From an uncultured Chitinophagaceae bacterium (GTDB lineage: Bacteria > Bacteroidota > Ignavibacteria > UBA10030 > UBA8401), in NCBI GenBank assembly GCA_964355925.1, contig CAYHFN010000004.1:2386-66385 (forward strand): a stretch of 64,000 nt of DNA, read 5' to 3'. A program made the translations under genes and the position numbers. Below are positions 1 through 8,958 of the stretch, piece by piece (within the stretch, counting starts at the first letter, position 1; each line of letters opens with the position of its first letter). The notes under the pieces are model-generated. The model saw only the letters and a list, made by a program, of their open reading frames with translations. It was not told the origin of the DNA and did not search any database.

Positions 1-1266
1 CTTAGTGCAAAACTCGCCGGTGAGATTTTCGATTTAATCGAAAAATTTGCAAGCTATGGATTCAATAAATCTCATTCGGTTGCATATTCTATCATTGCGT
101 TTCAGACAGCGTATTTAAAAGCTCATTATCCCGCTGAATATATGGCGGCGACGTTAACATCAGAAATAAATAATACCGATAAGATCGTTTTATTTATTGA
201 TGATTGCCGAAAATCGGGAATTGAAGTTCTACCTCCTGATGTAAATGAAAGTGAACGGGATTTTACGGTAACAAAGGGTGGAATTCGTTTTGGACTTGCC
301 GCCATTAAAAATGTGGGATCAAATGCGGTGGATGCAATTGTTCGTGCTCGTACTGAAAAAGGGAGATTCGTTTCACTGTACGATTTCTGCATGAAAGTCG
401 ATCTTCATATTTGTACAAAGAAAACAATTGAAGGTCTTGTTCTGGCTGGAGCATTTGATGGGATCAGTAAAAACAGAGCTCAGTTGTTTAAATCTGTAGA
501 GCAAATGGTGCAGTCTGCTGCCGGAGCGCAAGAGCAACAACAGCGAGGGCAAGACAGCTTATTCGGCGGCGATCCGCAGGCAGCAGTGAAAATAAATCAT
601 GAACCGCAGCTTCCTAATATTCCAATGTGGAAAGACGCTGAAAAATTAGCGAAAGAAAAAGAAGTTCTCGGATTTTATGTCTCCGGTCATCCATTATTGA
701 AATACGAAAAAGAGATCAATGCCTTTGCGACGGTTCACCTTGGTGATGTAGAAGGAATGAAGAGCGGAACAGTGAAAGCAGGCGGTATCATCTCCGGCAT
801 CAAAAAGAAGATCGATAAAAAAGGAAATACGATGGCATTCATCACTATCGAAGATTTTACAGGAAAAGCTGAATGCGTTATCTTCTCGAGTGTCTATAAA
901 AAATATATCGAATTGCTTGAAGAAGAGAAAATGATCCTGGTAGAAGGGAAAGGCGAAGTGAGCGGTGATATTATCAAGATCCTTGTTGACAAAGTTCTTC
1001 CAATGGATGCGGTTTCCGAAACCTACGCAAAAAAAATGTTTCTCAGAATTAATGCCGACGAATATATTGACGGATCTCTGGACAAATTGAAAGCTCTGCT
1101 TGAGCAACATAACGGGGGGAACTGCGATTGCTACTTTAGTGTTGTAGGGAAAGAATTTCAACAGCAAATAAACTTTAAATCACATACATTTTCAATCAAT
1201 CTTACCAATGATTTTTTAGAAAAAATAAAATTATTGATGGGAGAACAAGCGATTAAAATATCATAA
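1..1266 (+). CDS. dnaE: DNA polymerase III alpha subunit, C-terminal part (5' end upstream of window)
   Basis: Frame 1 is open from base 1 (LSAKLAGEIFDLIEKFASYGFNKSHSVAYS...AHYPAEYMAA) and runs into the listed 142..1266 ORF. GFNKSH and HYPAEY motifs plus the OB-fold-like tail are typical of DnaE. Confidence 0.9.
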   Translation, partial: LSAKLAGEIFDLIEKFASYGFNKSHSVAYSIIAFQTAYLKAHYPAEYMAATLTSEINNTDKIVLFIDDCRKSGIEVLPPDVNESERDFTVTKGGIRFGLAAIKNVGSNAVDAIVRARTEKGRFVSLYDFCMKVDLHICTKKTIEGLVLAGAFDGISKNRAQLFKSVEQMVQSAAGAQEQQQRGQDSLFGGDPQAAVKINHEPQLPNIPMWKDAEKLAKEKEVLGFYVSGHPLLKYEKEINAFATVHLGDVEGMKSGTVKAGGIISGIKKKIDKKGNTMAFITIEDFTGKAECVIFSSVYKKYIELLEEEKMILVEGKGEVSGDIIKILVDKVLPMDAVSETYAKKMFLRINADEYIDGSLDKLKALLEQHNGGNCDCYFSVVGKEFQQQINFKSHTFSINLTNDFLEKIKLLMGEQAIKIS

Positions 1267-1279
1267 TAGAGGAGCAATA

Positions 1280-1603
1280 ATGAAACCAGTAGAAGTTACA
1301 GATGGAAACTTTAAGAATGAAGTATTGGACTCTCAAACACCTGTTCTTGTTGATTTTTGGGCAACGTGGTGCGGTCCTTGTAAGATGATTGCACCAATTA
1401 TTGAAGAACTTGCAGGAGAATATGATGGCAAAATGAAATTTGGCAAACTTGATGTTGATGCTAATCCACAAATATCCCAGCAATTCGGAATTCGAAGCAT
1501 TCCCACAATGCTTGTCTTCAAAGGTGGAAAAGTTGTTGAACAAATTGTCGGTGCAATGCCAAAGAAAAGTTTGATCGAAAAGATCAGCCACCATATGAAC
1601 TAG
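1280..1603 (+). CDS. trxA: thioredoxin
   Basis: 107 aa with a WCGPCK active site. GAGGAG Shine-Dalgarno upstream of the ATG. Confidence 0.95.
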   Translation: MKPVEVTDGNFKNEVLDSQTPVLVDFWATWCGPCKMIAPIIEELAGEYDGKMKFGKLDVDANPQISQQFGIRSIPTMLVFKGGKVVEQIVGAMPKKSLIEKISHHMN

Positions 1604-1668
1604 TGGACATCGTTAAAAACATCAAAATATAATCTATTCAAGCAACCACCAACGGTGTCCCCTTGGGA

Positions 1669-1708
1669 CTTGCGAAGGTTATTAAAGAATTTGCTGAATC
1701 TTCGCAAG
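1669..1708. repeat. intergenic palindromic element, copy A (core CTTGCGAAGGTT / CTTCGCAAGGTT)
   Basis: Arms 1669-1677 and 1700-1708 are reverse complements. The same core recurs at 18759-18788 and 21595-21627. Confidence 0.7.
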
Positions 1709-1780
1709 GTTTTATATTTATTTTAAGAAACAATCAAATAGATCTTAGAGATGCCCTAGTGTAAACTAAATGGTCAAATC

Positions 1781-1814
1781 GACAAAAAATCCCGCGTTTG
1801 CGGGATTTTTTGTC
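1781..1814. terminator. perfect 15-bp stem hairpin, bidirectional terminator type
   Basis: GACAAAAAATCCCGC gttt GCGGGATTTTTTGTC: an A-run lies in the 5' arm and a T-run in the 3' arm. The listed ORF start at 1798 lies inside this hairpin. Confidence 0.75.
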
Positions 1815-1881
1815 GCTAGGATTAGAAATTTCTCAATTCAATAAATTATGGATTGTCTCTAAAAATTCGTATTTTCAAACT

Positions 1882-3201
1882 ATGGCAGAAAAACCTATAC
1901 CATCGATTACAAAACGTCCCATTCCGAGTAAGCCTGACAATCCGGTTGTATCATTCTTTAATAAAAAGAATAATAAAAAATCGAATTCTGCAGCAGCAAC
2001 CCCTTCTCGAAAGAAAAAAGTATTTCGATATAGTGTTCGAAAAGGTGGCAAAACTATTGAAGGTTTTCAAAATGCCTACAATGTCGATGAAGTCAAACGG
2101 AATCTTGTTCGGCTCGGATTCGATATAAAATTTGTTCGCCGCCATTATGAGTTTCAGTTCCAAGCGTCAAGTACCGAAATTGTCAGCTTCGTTGTGACTA
2201 GTGCGCGTTTATTGGAACAAAAACTGCCGTATAGTGAAGTGCTGCAAATGATGGCTAATAATGTGAAAGATAAAAACCTTAAAGCCGCGTTAAGGAATAT
2301 AATCTTGGATCTAAAAAACGGAGTCGATTCAAAGGATGCTTTCATAAAACAGTCAAAAGTATTCGGCGAACACGTTGCGTTAATGCTCGGAATTGCTTCT
2401 AAAAGTGGCGAGATGACAGCGATATTTAAGAGCATTGCAATTTTGGTGGAACGTCAAACTGAGTTTAAGAAAGGTTTGATCAGTGCTCTTATTATGCCGG
2501 CTATTACTACTTCCACGGTAATGGGGGCTATTGTCTTTTATGCAGTCTATCTTGTTCCTAAAATGATGGCGATGTTGGGCCCTATGATGGAAACAACGCC
2601 GCCGATTACTGCTGCAACTATGGTTGTCAGCGGATTTCTTAAAGAAAATTATATGTGGATGTTAATTTTATTTTGCGTTTCGATCATAAGCCTTTATGGT
2701 TATTTAATGACGGAAGCCGGGAAGTTAGCGCGTGATAAGTTTATCATCAAAGTTCCGTACATTGGGAATATTATAAAAAGTACCAGTACTGAGATTTTTT
2801 GTCGGGTGCTTAGTATCTTATATACATCATCGAGTGAAAATGTTGAGGCCATTCAAATTGCAGCGGATGCAAGCGGTAATGCATATCTTTCCTATAGAAT
2901 AAAGACGGTTACAATTCCCAGCATGTTAAAGTATGGAACCGATCTGGGAAGAGCGTTCAATGCAGCAGATTTTTTCCCCGATGTATTTATTTCAAGATTT
3001 GGAACGGCAACTGAGACAGGCGCTATTAAAGACACAGCAGCGCAGGTTGCAGATTTCTATCAATTGGAAAATACATTCGCAATGAAGAACCTGATGGCGA
3101 TGATCGAGATTTCTATTACCGTTGTTATTATGATAGCACTGGTGTTCCTAACGCTTCTCTCAACTGAAACTGCTTCGTTGGATATCCAGCCAAATATGTA
3201 A
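1882..3201 (+). CDS. GspF/PilC-family polytopic inner-membrane platform protein (type II secretion / type IV pilus)
   Basis: Two T2SSF-like repeats with hydrophobic segments. It lies directly upstream of a GspE/PilB ATPase. Start moved to ATG 1882 (MAEKPIPS) because 1798-1814 is a terminator stem. Confidence 0.8.
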   Translation: MAEKPIPSITKRPIPSKPDNPVVSFFNKKNNKKSNSAAATPSRKKKVFRYSVRKGGKTIEGFQNAYNVDEVKRNLVRLGFDIKFVRRHYEFQFQASSTEIVSFVVTSARLLEQKLPYSEVLQMMANNVKDKNLKAALRNIILDLKNGVDSKDAFIKQSKVFGEHVALMLGIASKSGEMTAIFKSIAILVERQTEFKKGLISALIMPAITTSTVMGAIVFYAVYLVPKMMAMLGPMMETTPPITAATMVVSGFLKENYMWMLILFCVSIISLYGYLMTEAGKLARDKFIIKVPYIGNIIKSTSTEIFCRVLSILYTSSSENVEAIQIAADASGNAYLSYRIKTVTIPSMLKYGTDLGRAFNAADFFPDVFISRFGTATETGAIKDTAAQVADFYQLENTFAMKNLMAMIEISITVVIMIALVFLTLLSTETASLDIQPNM

Positions 3202-3229
3202 ATCTTTTTTTTTGATGTAAGGTATTATT

Positions 3230-5026
3230 ATGTCCGAACTGTTAACCTCTCCGCTCAAAAAATCGCTTACGTCGATAATTCTTGAAAAAGGTATCGTTGA
3301 TGAAGTGACACTGCGAAAAGCAGAAGAAATACTCAGCAAAGAAGGCTCCAGATCCAGAAACCAACTGCTTCATATTCTTATCGATCAATTTAAGATCAGT
3401 AGAGATCTTCTTTTTGCAGAAGCAGCTAAATTCTATTCGTTCCGCGTGCTTGATGTCGCTAAAGACTCTGCTGATGATGGTGTTCTCGCATTTATTCGTA
3501 AAGAATTACAAACACTTCCGTTGTACGTTCGTGAACTCGCTGTTGAAAATAAAGCTCTGCCATACAGAATCGATAATCTAAAAGAAGGACGGTTATTGAT
3601 TATTACTCCCGATCCGACAAATCCGGGAATCTATAGCATCGCTCGTTCATTTAATAACAAAAAATTCGAGATTTGTTATGTTCCATTGACACAGTGGGAT
3701 GAGATTTGGAATAGAGTGAGTATTGATAAAGCTATTTATAAAGATAGAGAATCAGAATTACGCGATGACGGATTTGTTCAGGACGATGAAGAGGATAATG
3801 AAAAATTTGAACAAGCAATAGACGAAGAGATAAGCAGAAGCGGATTAGTTTCGTTGATCGAAAGCATCTTTGTTGATGCTGTGCGAGTTGGAGCAAGTGA
3901 TATTCACGTCCTTCCTAAAGGAGAAAAGATAACCGAATTCTACTTTCGTGTTGATGGTAAACTTTCTCGCTGGTATACACACACAGAAACACGCGCAGAA
4001 GCGGTTGCCGCTGTAGTGAAAGACCGTGCTAAGAACTTAGACCGGTTTGAACGTAATTTAGCCCAAGACGGTTTTGCACAGCTGATTATTGATAAAAAAA
4101 CGATTCGTTTTCGTCTATCCGTTATCCCTGTTGTTGGGCAGGAATTAAAAAGTAAATTTGAATCGATCGTTATTCGCGTCCTTCGTGAATTGGCAGTCGG
4201 CAAAAGAATTGAAGAATTAGGCTTTGATTCCTACAGCGAAGAGGTTATTAAGCGTGCAATAAAAAAACCGCATGGAATTGTTATTGTTACCGGACCAACG
4301 GGAAGCGGTAAAAGTACAACACTCGTTGCCGCGCTGCGAACAATCATGGATCCTTCATTGAATATCATCACTGTTGAAGATCCGGTTGAATATTTTATTG
4401 AAGGTGCTCGTCAAGTAAAATTGAATTCAAAATTGGATTTCGACGGAGCTCTTCGTGCTATTCTTCGTCACGATCCGGATATTGTTATGGTCGGTGAAAT
4501 GCGCGATAAAACCACTGCTGAAATTGCTATCAAACTTGCAAATACCGGTCACTTGACTCTTTCGACGCTCCATACAAACGATGCACCAAGCGCATTGTCA
4601 CGATTATTTAAAATGGGTGTTGAACCGTTCTTGATCGCCTACAGCGTTAATATTGTTGTAGCACAACGGTTGATTAGAAAATTATGCACAAGGTGCAGAT
4701 CCAAAGTAAAAGAAGTTGATCATCCAATTTTAAGAAAATTAGGAATGACTGACGATGAGATCAGTAAAAATACTGTGTATCGTCCTGTTGGTTGTATCGA
4801 TTGTTTAAAAGGGTATAAAGGAAGAGTAGCAATTCATGAAGCTCTTTATTTCACAAAAGATATTCGGCAGTTGGTATTAGATGCCGGTGATTCAATTAAC
4901 GAAGAAGAACTGCGTCAAGCTGCAATTAAAAATGGAATGATCACTCTACGTGAACGTGCGTTAGATTTATTAAAAACTGGTGTTACATCAATCGATGAAG
5001 TAACAACAGTTACGAGTGATGATTAA
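3230..5026 (+). CDS. GspE/PilB-family secretion ATPase
   Basis: Walker A GPTGSGKST, Walker B/Asp box DPDIVMVGEMRD, His box TGHLTLSTLHTND, and a tetracysteine motif CTRC...CIDC. Confidence 0.9.
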   Translation: MSELLTSPLKKSLTSIILEKGIVDEVTLRKAEEILSKEGSRSRNQLLHILIDQFKISRDLLFAEAAKFYSFRVLDVAKDSADDGVLAFIRKELQTLPLYVRELAVENKALPYRIDNLKEGRLLIITPDPTNPGIYSIARSFNNKKFEICYVPLTQWDEIWNRVSIDKAIYKDRESELRDDGFVQDDEEDNEKFEQAIDEEISRSGLVSLIESIFVDAVRVGASDIHVLPKGEKITEFYFRVDGKLSRWYTHTETRAEAVAAVVKDRAKNLDRFERNLAQDGFAQLIIDKKTIRFRLSVIPVVGQELKSKFESIVIRVLRELAVGKRIEELGFDSYSEEVIKRAIKKPHGIVIVTGPTGSGKSTTLVAALRTIMDPSLNIITVEDPVEYFIEGARQVKLNSKLDFDGALRAILRHDPDIVMVGEMRDKTTAEIAIKLANTGHLTLSTLHTNDAPSALSRLFKMGVEPFLIAYSVNIVVAQRLIRKLCTRCRSKVKEVDHPILRKLGMTDDEISKNTVYRPVGCIDCLKGYKGRVAIHEALYFTKDIRQLVLDAGDSINEEELRQAAIKNGMITLRERALDLLKTGVTSIDEVTTVTSDD

Positions 5027-5046
5027 ATTATAATTGGTAATATGTT

Positions 5047-5616
5047 ATGGGCCTTGGCCAAACAATGTTGACATCTTTGGTTCTTGTCTTGCTTTCACTT
5101 GCGGTGATAAGCGGTAATCGACTTATGCTTGACAAGGATCAATCTTTTTATGAACAAGAAGCATACAAGCAGGCTGGAATTCTTGCAAATGCATTGTTAC
5201 AAGAAATTGTAAGAAAAAAATTTGACTCTAGTGTTGACACAAGTGATACCTACTATATGAATACTACTGAGTTCAATTCACCGGGAAGTCTTGGTCCTTC
5301 ATCTAATGCTGCATCATATGTAAATCCAGGTGGGGCAGCCGATGTATTTCCTTATAAATCTATTAAAAATACTGATGGAAACTATTTCGATGATATTGAT
5401 GATTACAAAGGGTATAAAAGATCTGCGAGTGTTGGCAATTTAACAGGATTTATCCTTACTGTTGATGTTTATTATGTTCGGTTAAGCGGTGGTCTATATG
5501 TGAAAGCGAACACTAATGCTCAGTATTGGAAAAAAATTGATGTTGCTGTTACCAATTCAAAATATTTAATAAATAAAAATTCAACGTTAACATTTAGTAC
5601 AATTGTTGCTTACTAA
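5047..5616 (+). CDS. hypothetical protein with N-terminal hydrophobic anchor, PilX/minor-pilin-like by position
   Basis: MG + ~20 hydrophobic residues (MGLGQTMLTSLVLVLLSLAVISG). Its stop overlaps the next start (TAATG). No canonical G-F-T-L-x-E prepilin motif. Confidence 0.55.
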   Translation: MGLGQTMLTSLVLVLLSLAVISGNRLMLDKDQSFYEQEAYKQAGILANALLQEIVRKKFDSSVDTSDTYYMNTTEFNSPGSLGPSSNAASYVNPGGAADVFPYKSIKNTDGNYFDDIDDYKGYKRSASVGNLTGFILTVDVYYVRLSGGLYVKANTNAQYWKKIDVAVTNSKYLINKNSTLTFSTIVAY

Positions 5617-6227
5617 TGGGAGTTATTTTAGACATACTTGGTTCATTTGTTGTTCGAGCGGCAATTGTCGTTGTTATTCTTAATTTGATGATTAATCTTC
5701 ATCAAGAACTTTCAAAAAGCTCAGATAGAATAATGTTGAACACAAGTATGTATGGTTATAGTGACACGTCTGCTTTTTTTAGAAACAAATATTTAGGCGG
5801 TGTAAGTCAGGTAATAGCTGCAGATATTAGATTGGCAGGATATAACGCTGTAAAAACATTTGCAATTGCAAAAATTAATGAAATTAGTTTTTCTGCTGAT
5901 ACAGGAAATACCGGAACTTCTCAAATAATTAGATATTATACTAATCCTGCAACACCTTCATCAGTTAATAAAGCAATCTTATATCGTACTGTTGACGCTG
6001 GGACACCATTAGAAGTGGCAAGAGATATTATCACTTTTAGAATTGCGTATTATAAAGTAGACGGTTCATTGGCTTCTTTCGGAACAAATGTCAATCAAAT
6101 TAAATCGATATATATAACATTAAGTATAGCATCAAACATGACAGAGCGTAAATATCAAGGTGCATTAGATGATACTCTGGCACTTCAAACAAAGTGGGAA
6201 AATCATTTTTTTCCCGAAAATTTATAG
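5616..6227 (+). CDS. hypothetical protein with N-terminal hydrophobic anchor, PilW/minor-pilin-like by position
   Basis: MGVILDILGSFVVRAAIVVVILNLMINL N-terminus. Translationally coupled to the upstream gene. The beta-rich C-terminal part (ITFRIAYYKVDG...IKSIYITLSIAS) resembles minor pilins. Confidence 0.55.
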   Translation: MGVILDILGSFVVRAAIVVVILNLMINLHQELSKSSDRIMLNTSMYGYSDTSAFFRNKYLGGVSQVIAADIRLAGYNAVKTFAIAKINEISFSADTGNTGTSQIIRYYTNPATPSSVNKAILYRTVDAGTPLEVARDIITFRIAYYKVDGSLASFGTNVNQIKSIYITLSIASNMTERKYQGALDDTLALQTKWENHFFPENL

Positions 6228-6387
6228 ATTTCTTCAATTTAAGACAAATCTGTCCGTTGAATTTCAACATTTGTGATAAATATCATCAAATAAGGCACTT
6301 ATTAAAGGATTCTAATAATTTAAAGCTTGCGCTGAAACCAATTTTTTTTTAATTTATACATAGTTATTAAAATAAACGACATAAATC

Positions 6388-6780
6388 ATGGGCACTTCAA
6401 AAATAATAATGCTTTCTGGTGTATACCTAATATTAGGTATGTATACCATTAGCTTTGGTGTTGCCGATGAGTCGAGCTTTCAGCTTGCGTCAAAAACAGC
6501 AAATACAATACAAGCTGAACAAATTGCACGAACTGGTATTTCACTTGCAATGACAAAAATGGGAAATAATTCTTCGATGAATTCATATCCCGCTACTTCC
6601 GCATCAGTTATTAATGGTCTTGTAGTATATTCTGCTTCACCGACCGGTCTGCCAACTTCACAATCGCAAATTACCTCAACAGGTACATTTAACGGGAAAA
6701 CCGTTACAATGAAAGCTGTGTTCAGTTATGATAGAAATCGTTGGAGACTTATTCGGATGTACGCTCCTCCAACCGCATAA
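6388..6780 (+). CDS. hypothetical protein with N-terminal hydrophobic anchor, PilX-like
   Basis: MGTSKIIMLSGVYLILGMYTISFG followed by an AEQIARTGISLA helix, similar to the PilX_N pattern (A..AEAGl). An in-frame stop two codons upstream fixes the start. Confidence 0.55.
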   Translation: MGTSKIIMLSGVYLILGMYTISFGVADESSFQLASKTANTIQAEQIARTGISLAMTKMGNNSSMNSYPATSASVINGLVVYSASPTGLPTSQSQITSTGTFNGKTVTMKAVFSYDRNRWRLIRMYAPPTA

Positions 6781-6948
6781 CACCGTTACCAATCTCTAAA
6801 TTTCTCTGCTATACCAATCGTTTTCTTATCTTGCAATTCGTACGGTTTTTTTCTAATTTCAACACGTCGGAATTTTTTATGCATTACTTCTTTTTGGGGC
6901 AACAAAGTTCTAAATCTCATTTTGATGAAACCTTCCAATTAACTGACA

Positions 6949-8445
6949 ATGATTTTCGTTAGCAATATTGCATTCTCTATAATTTCAACCCTTCGTTTCG
7001 TTTGCAGAAGTGGTTCATTCTTGCTGTCACTTCTTTTTGTTGTTATGTTTTCGTATTCCCAGGTAACAGAATTTATTCCAAAGAGCAGAAAAGAAATTCA
7101 AAAAGATAATCTTGCAGAACAAAAAGAACGTAAACGGATTTCATCCTCAGGAATTCTCTCCGTAACAAAAACAAAATTTATTTATCGTTTTGGTAAAGTG
7201 GATAAAACCGGAACAACAGAATCTCTTGTTCGATATGATAGTAAAGGAAACAAAACAAAAGAGATACTGTACAGTGCACGAGATGGAAAAATTGAATCAA
7301 CAATCTCTTATGCATACGATAGAAACGGGAATCTCTTTGAAGAGATAACAAAAAAGGATGAAGTCTCCACAAAAATTATTCATCGTTATAACATCGTAAA
7401 TAATAAAATTGAATCAGTATTTTATAAATCAGACGGCACTGTAGAAAGAAAGATTTCATACGTTTACGATGATTCAGGATTACTGCTTGAAACAGTAGGC
7501 CGATTGGATGATGGGAGGATTTTCATGAAGGATACATACCTTTATGATGGAGAGGGGAATATCATTGAATTCAAAAATAATCTTAAGAAATATGTAATGG
7601 AGTATGATCAGTTTGGCAATATCACTTCCGTTTTTAAATATATTAGATATTTTAAAGCACAGGATAGTATTCAATTCAATCTAAACGAAATATTCACTAT
7701 GGAATATAATCGTTCCGGAAATCTTATTGAATTGCACTCATTGAGACCTGATAATACACTTAAAGTAAGAACAAAATATCTCGTCAATGAAATTGGTCAG
7801 GTACTCGAAGAAAAGGAATTTACGGCCGAAAATAGATTAGTATATTTGAGAATAGTGAAATATGATAGGAATCATAATGTAACCGAAGAATCTGGCGTTG
7901 ATCGTGCATTGAAGTTTAAGAATATTTATAAATACGATTCGAGAGGCAACAATACGGATTGGATATCGTACGATCAGATCAATGAACCAATAACGTTGAC
8001 GAAATATTCTTTTGGCCGCTATGCAGAAATGAACGCCCAGAGTAGTCAAGTAAAATCAAAAGAATTTGACTCACTTCTTATTGGCGGCAATGGTGATCCG
8101 CTCGAAAAGAATGAATTTTTTCAGATACTCGGATGTCGTATCATTGCTCCCGACGGAACCTATCTGGGTTCGATTCTTGCTGATACTGCAAACCCTCAAT
8201 CGATTGTCAATGCTTCGGGACAATATGGTATCAGTCAATCGCAAACAAGTATTTTTAATTCTACAATTCCATATGGCGGAGCCAATGGATTGTTCAGCCC
8301 ATTTAATCCTGAAAGTCCCAGTCCGCCTTCAATTTATAAAGATGGAAAGTTCTTCACGTATTTCACTGAAAATGAAAATTTTCGACCACGTTCTTCGCCT
8401 CAACTCCTTGTTCAATTCTTAAAAACATTGGCTCATCAACATTAA
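6949..8445 (+). CDS. YD/RHS-type repeat protein with signal-peptide-like N-terminus
   Basis: Repeated YD-x-x-GN units (YDSKGNKT, YAYDRNGNLF, YVYDDSGLLL, YLYDGEGNII, YDQFGNIT, YNRSGNLI, YDRNHNVT, YDSRGNNT). Hydrophobic segment SFLLSLLFVVMFSYSQ. Confidence 0.75.
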   Translation: MIFVSNIAFSIISTLRFVCRSGSFLLSLLFVVMFSYSQVTEFIPKSRKEIQKDNLAEQKERKRISSSGILSVTKTKFIYRFGKVDKTGTTESLVRYDSKGNKTKEILYSARDGKIESTISYAYDRNGNLFEEITKKDEVSTKIIHRYNIVNNKIESVFYKSDGTVERKISYVYDDSGLLLETVGRLDDGRIFMKDTYLYDGEGNIIEFKNNLKKYVMEYDQFGNITSVFKYIRYFKAQDSIQFNLNEIFTMEYNRSGNLIELHSLRPDNTLKVRTKYLVNEIGQVLEEKEFTAENRLVYLRIVKYDRNHNVTEESGVDRALKFKNIYKYDSRGNNTDWISYDQINEPITLTKYSFGRYAEMNAQSSQVKSKEFDSLLIGGNGDPLEKNEFFQILGCRIIAPDGTYLGSILADTANPQSIVNASGQYGISQSQTSIFNSTIPYGGANGLFSPFNPESPSPPSIYKDGKFFTYFTENENFRPRSSPQLLVQFLKTLAHQH

Positions 8446-8464
8446 GGGCCTGTCATTTCCATTC

Positions 8465-8491
8465 AAAAACCTGCATTGTCAGGTTTTTTTG
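8465..8491 (+). terminator. rho-independent terminator after the YD-repeat gene
   Basis: AAAAACCTG cattgt CAGGTTTTT followed by a T-run. Confidence 0.75.
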
Positions 8492-8523
8492 TTTTCATAT
8501 GGACATCTCTAAAAACTATTGCA

Positions 8524-8958
8524 CTCGACCATAAAGGTCGAGATTACATTTGTATCCGCATCCTTTATGGATGCGATTTGGTCAAGAAAAACTTCGCTTC
8601 CCGTTTATAGAAGGTTTTTTGATATGCCCATATAATAACTGATGTTACTCACATCTATATAATGAAAGAATATTTCGTCCTCAACGAGTCGAGTCGTCGA
8701 CCTACCGGGACATCGGAACAACCGAATTAGTTTATGATTTTATCAGTTTTCAAAAGCGCCGTAGGCGCGTAATATTTGTAATATAATACGATTTTCAAGT
8801 TGAGAGTCCCTTTAGGGACGAGATAATTAGAGTTTTCAGTTTTGTCTTCGACCCGTAGGGCGTAACATCAGATAATAATTGAAAAAACAAGCACTTTTGC
8901 GTATCTTCTATTACGCAAAGAGTATTATTTTATACAATCCCTCTTAGGGATTTTTTAT
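8524..8958. repeat. array of short GC-cored mini-hairpins, including three degenerate ~45-bp tandem units
   Basis: Stems at 8524-8542, 8557-8575, 8756-8768, 8806-8819, 8896-8919 and 8936-8952. Units starting TTTTCA(A/G) at about 8745, 8791 and 8833 each carry a small hairpin and end in ATAAT. No ORF of 60 aa or more on either strand. Confidence 0.6.

Noticed and set aside
694-1167. 157-aa minus-strand ORF inside dnaE
   Set aside because: It is an antisense shadow ORF with Phe/Lys-rich composition.
1798-1881. N-terminal 28 codons of the listed PilC-like ORF (MRDFLSLG...)
   Set aside because: The TTG at 1798 lies inside the 1781-1814 terminator stem. ATG 1882 is a more plausible start.
3230-3330. 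MshEN-type c-di-GMP-binding motif at the PilB-like N-terminus
   Set aside because: SLTSIILEKGIVDEVTLRKAEEIL matches only the hydrophobic positions of RLGxxLLxxGLLxxxxLxxxLxxQ. The key Arg, Gly and Gln positions are S, T and L.
6342-6350. T9 tract upstream of the third pilin-like gene (similar T9 at about 3203-3211) as a phase-variable promoter spacer
   Set aside because: A/T homopolymers of this length are expected by composition in this AT-rich genome and occur in several terminators. There is no specific support.
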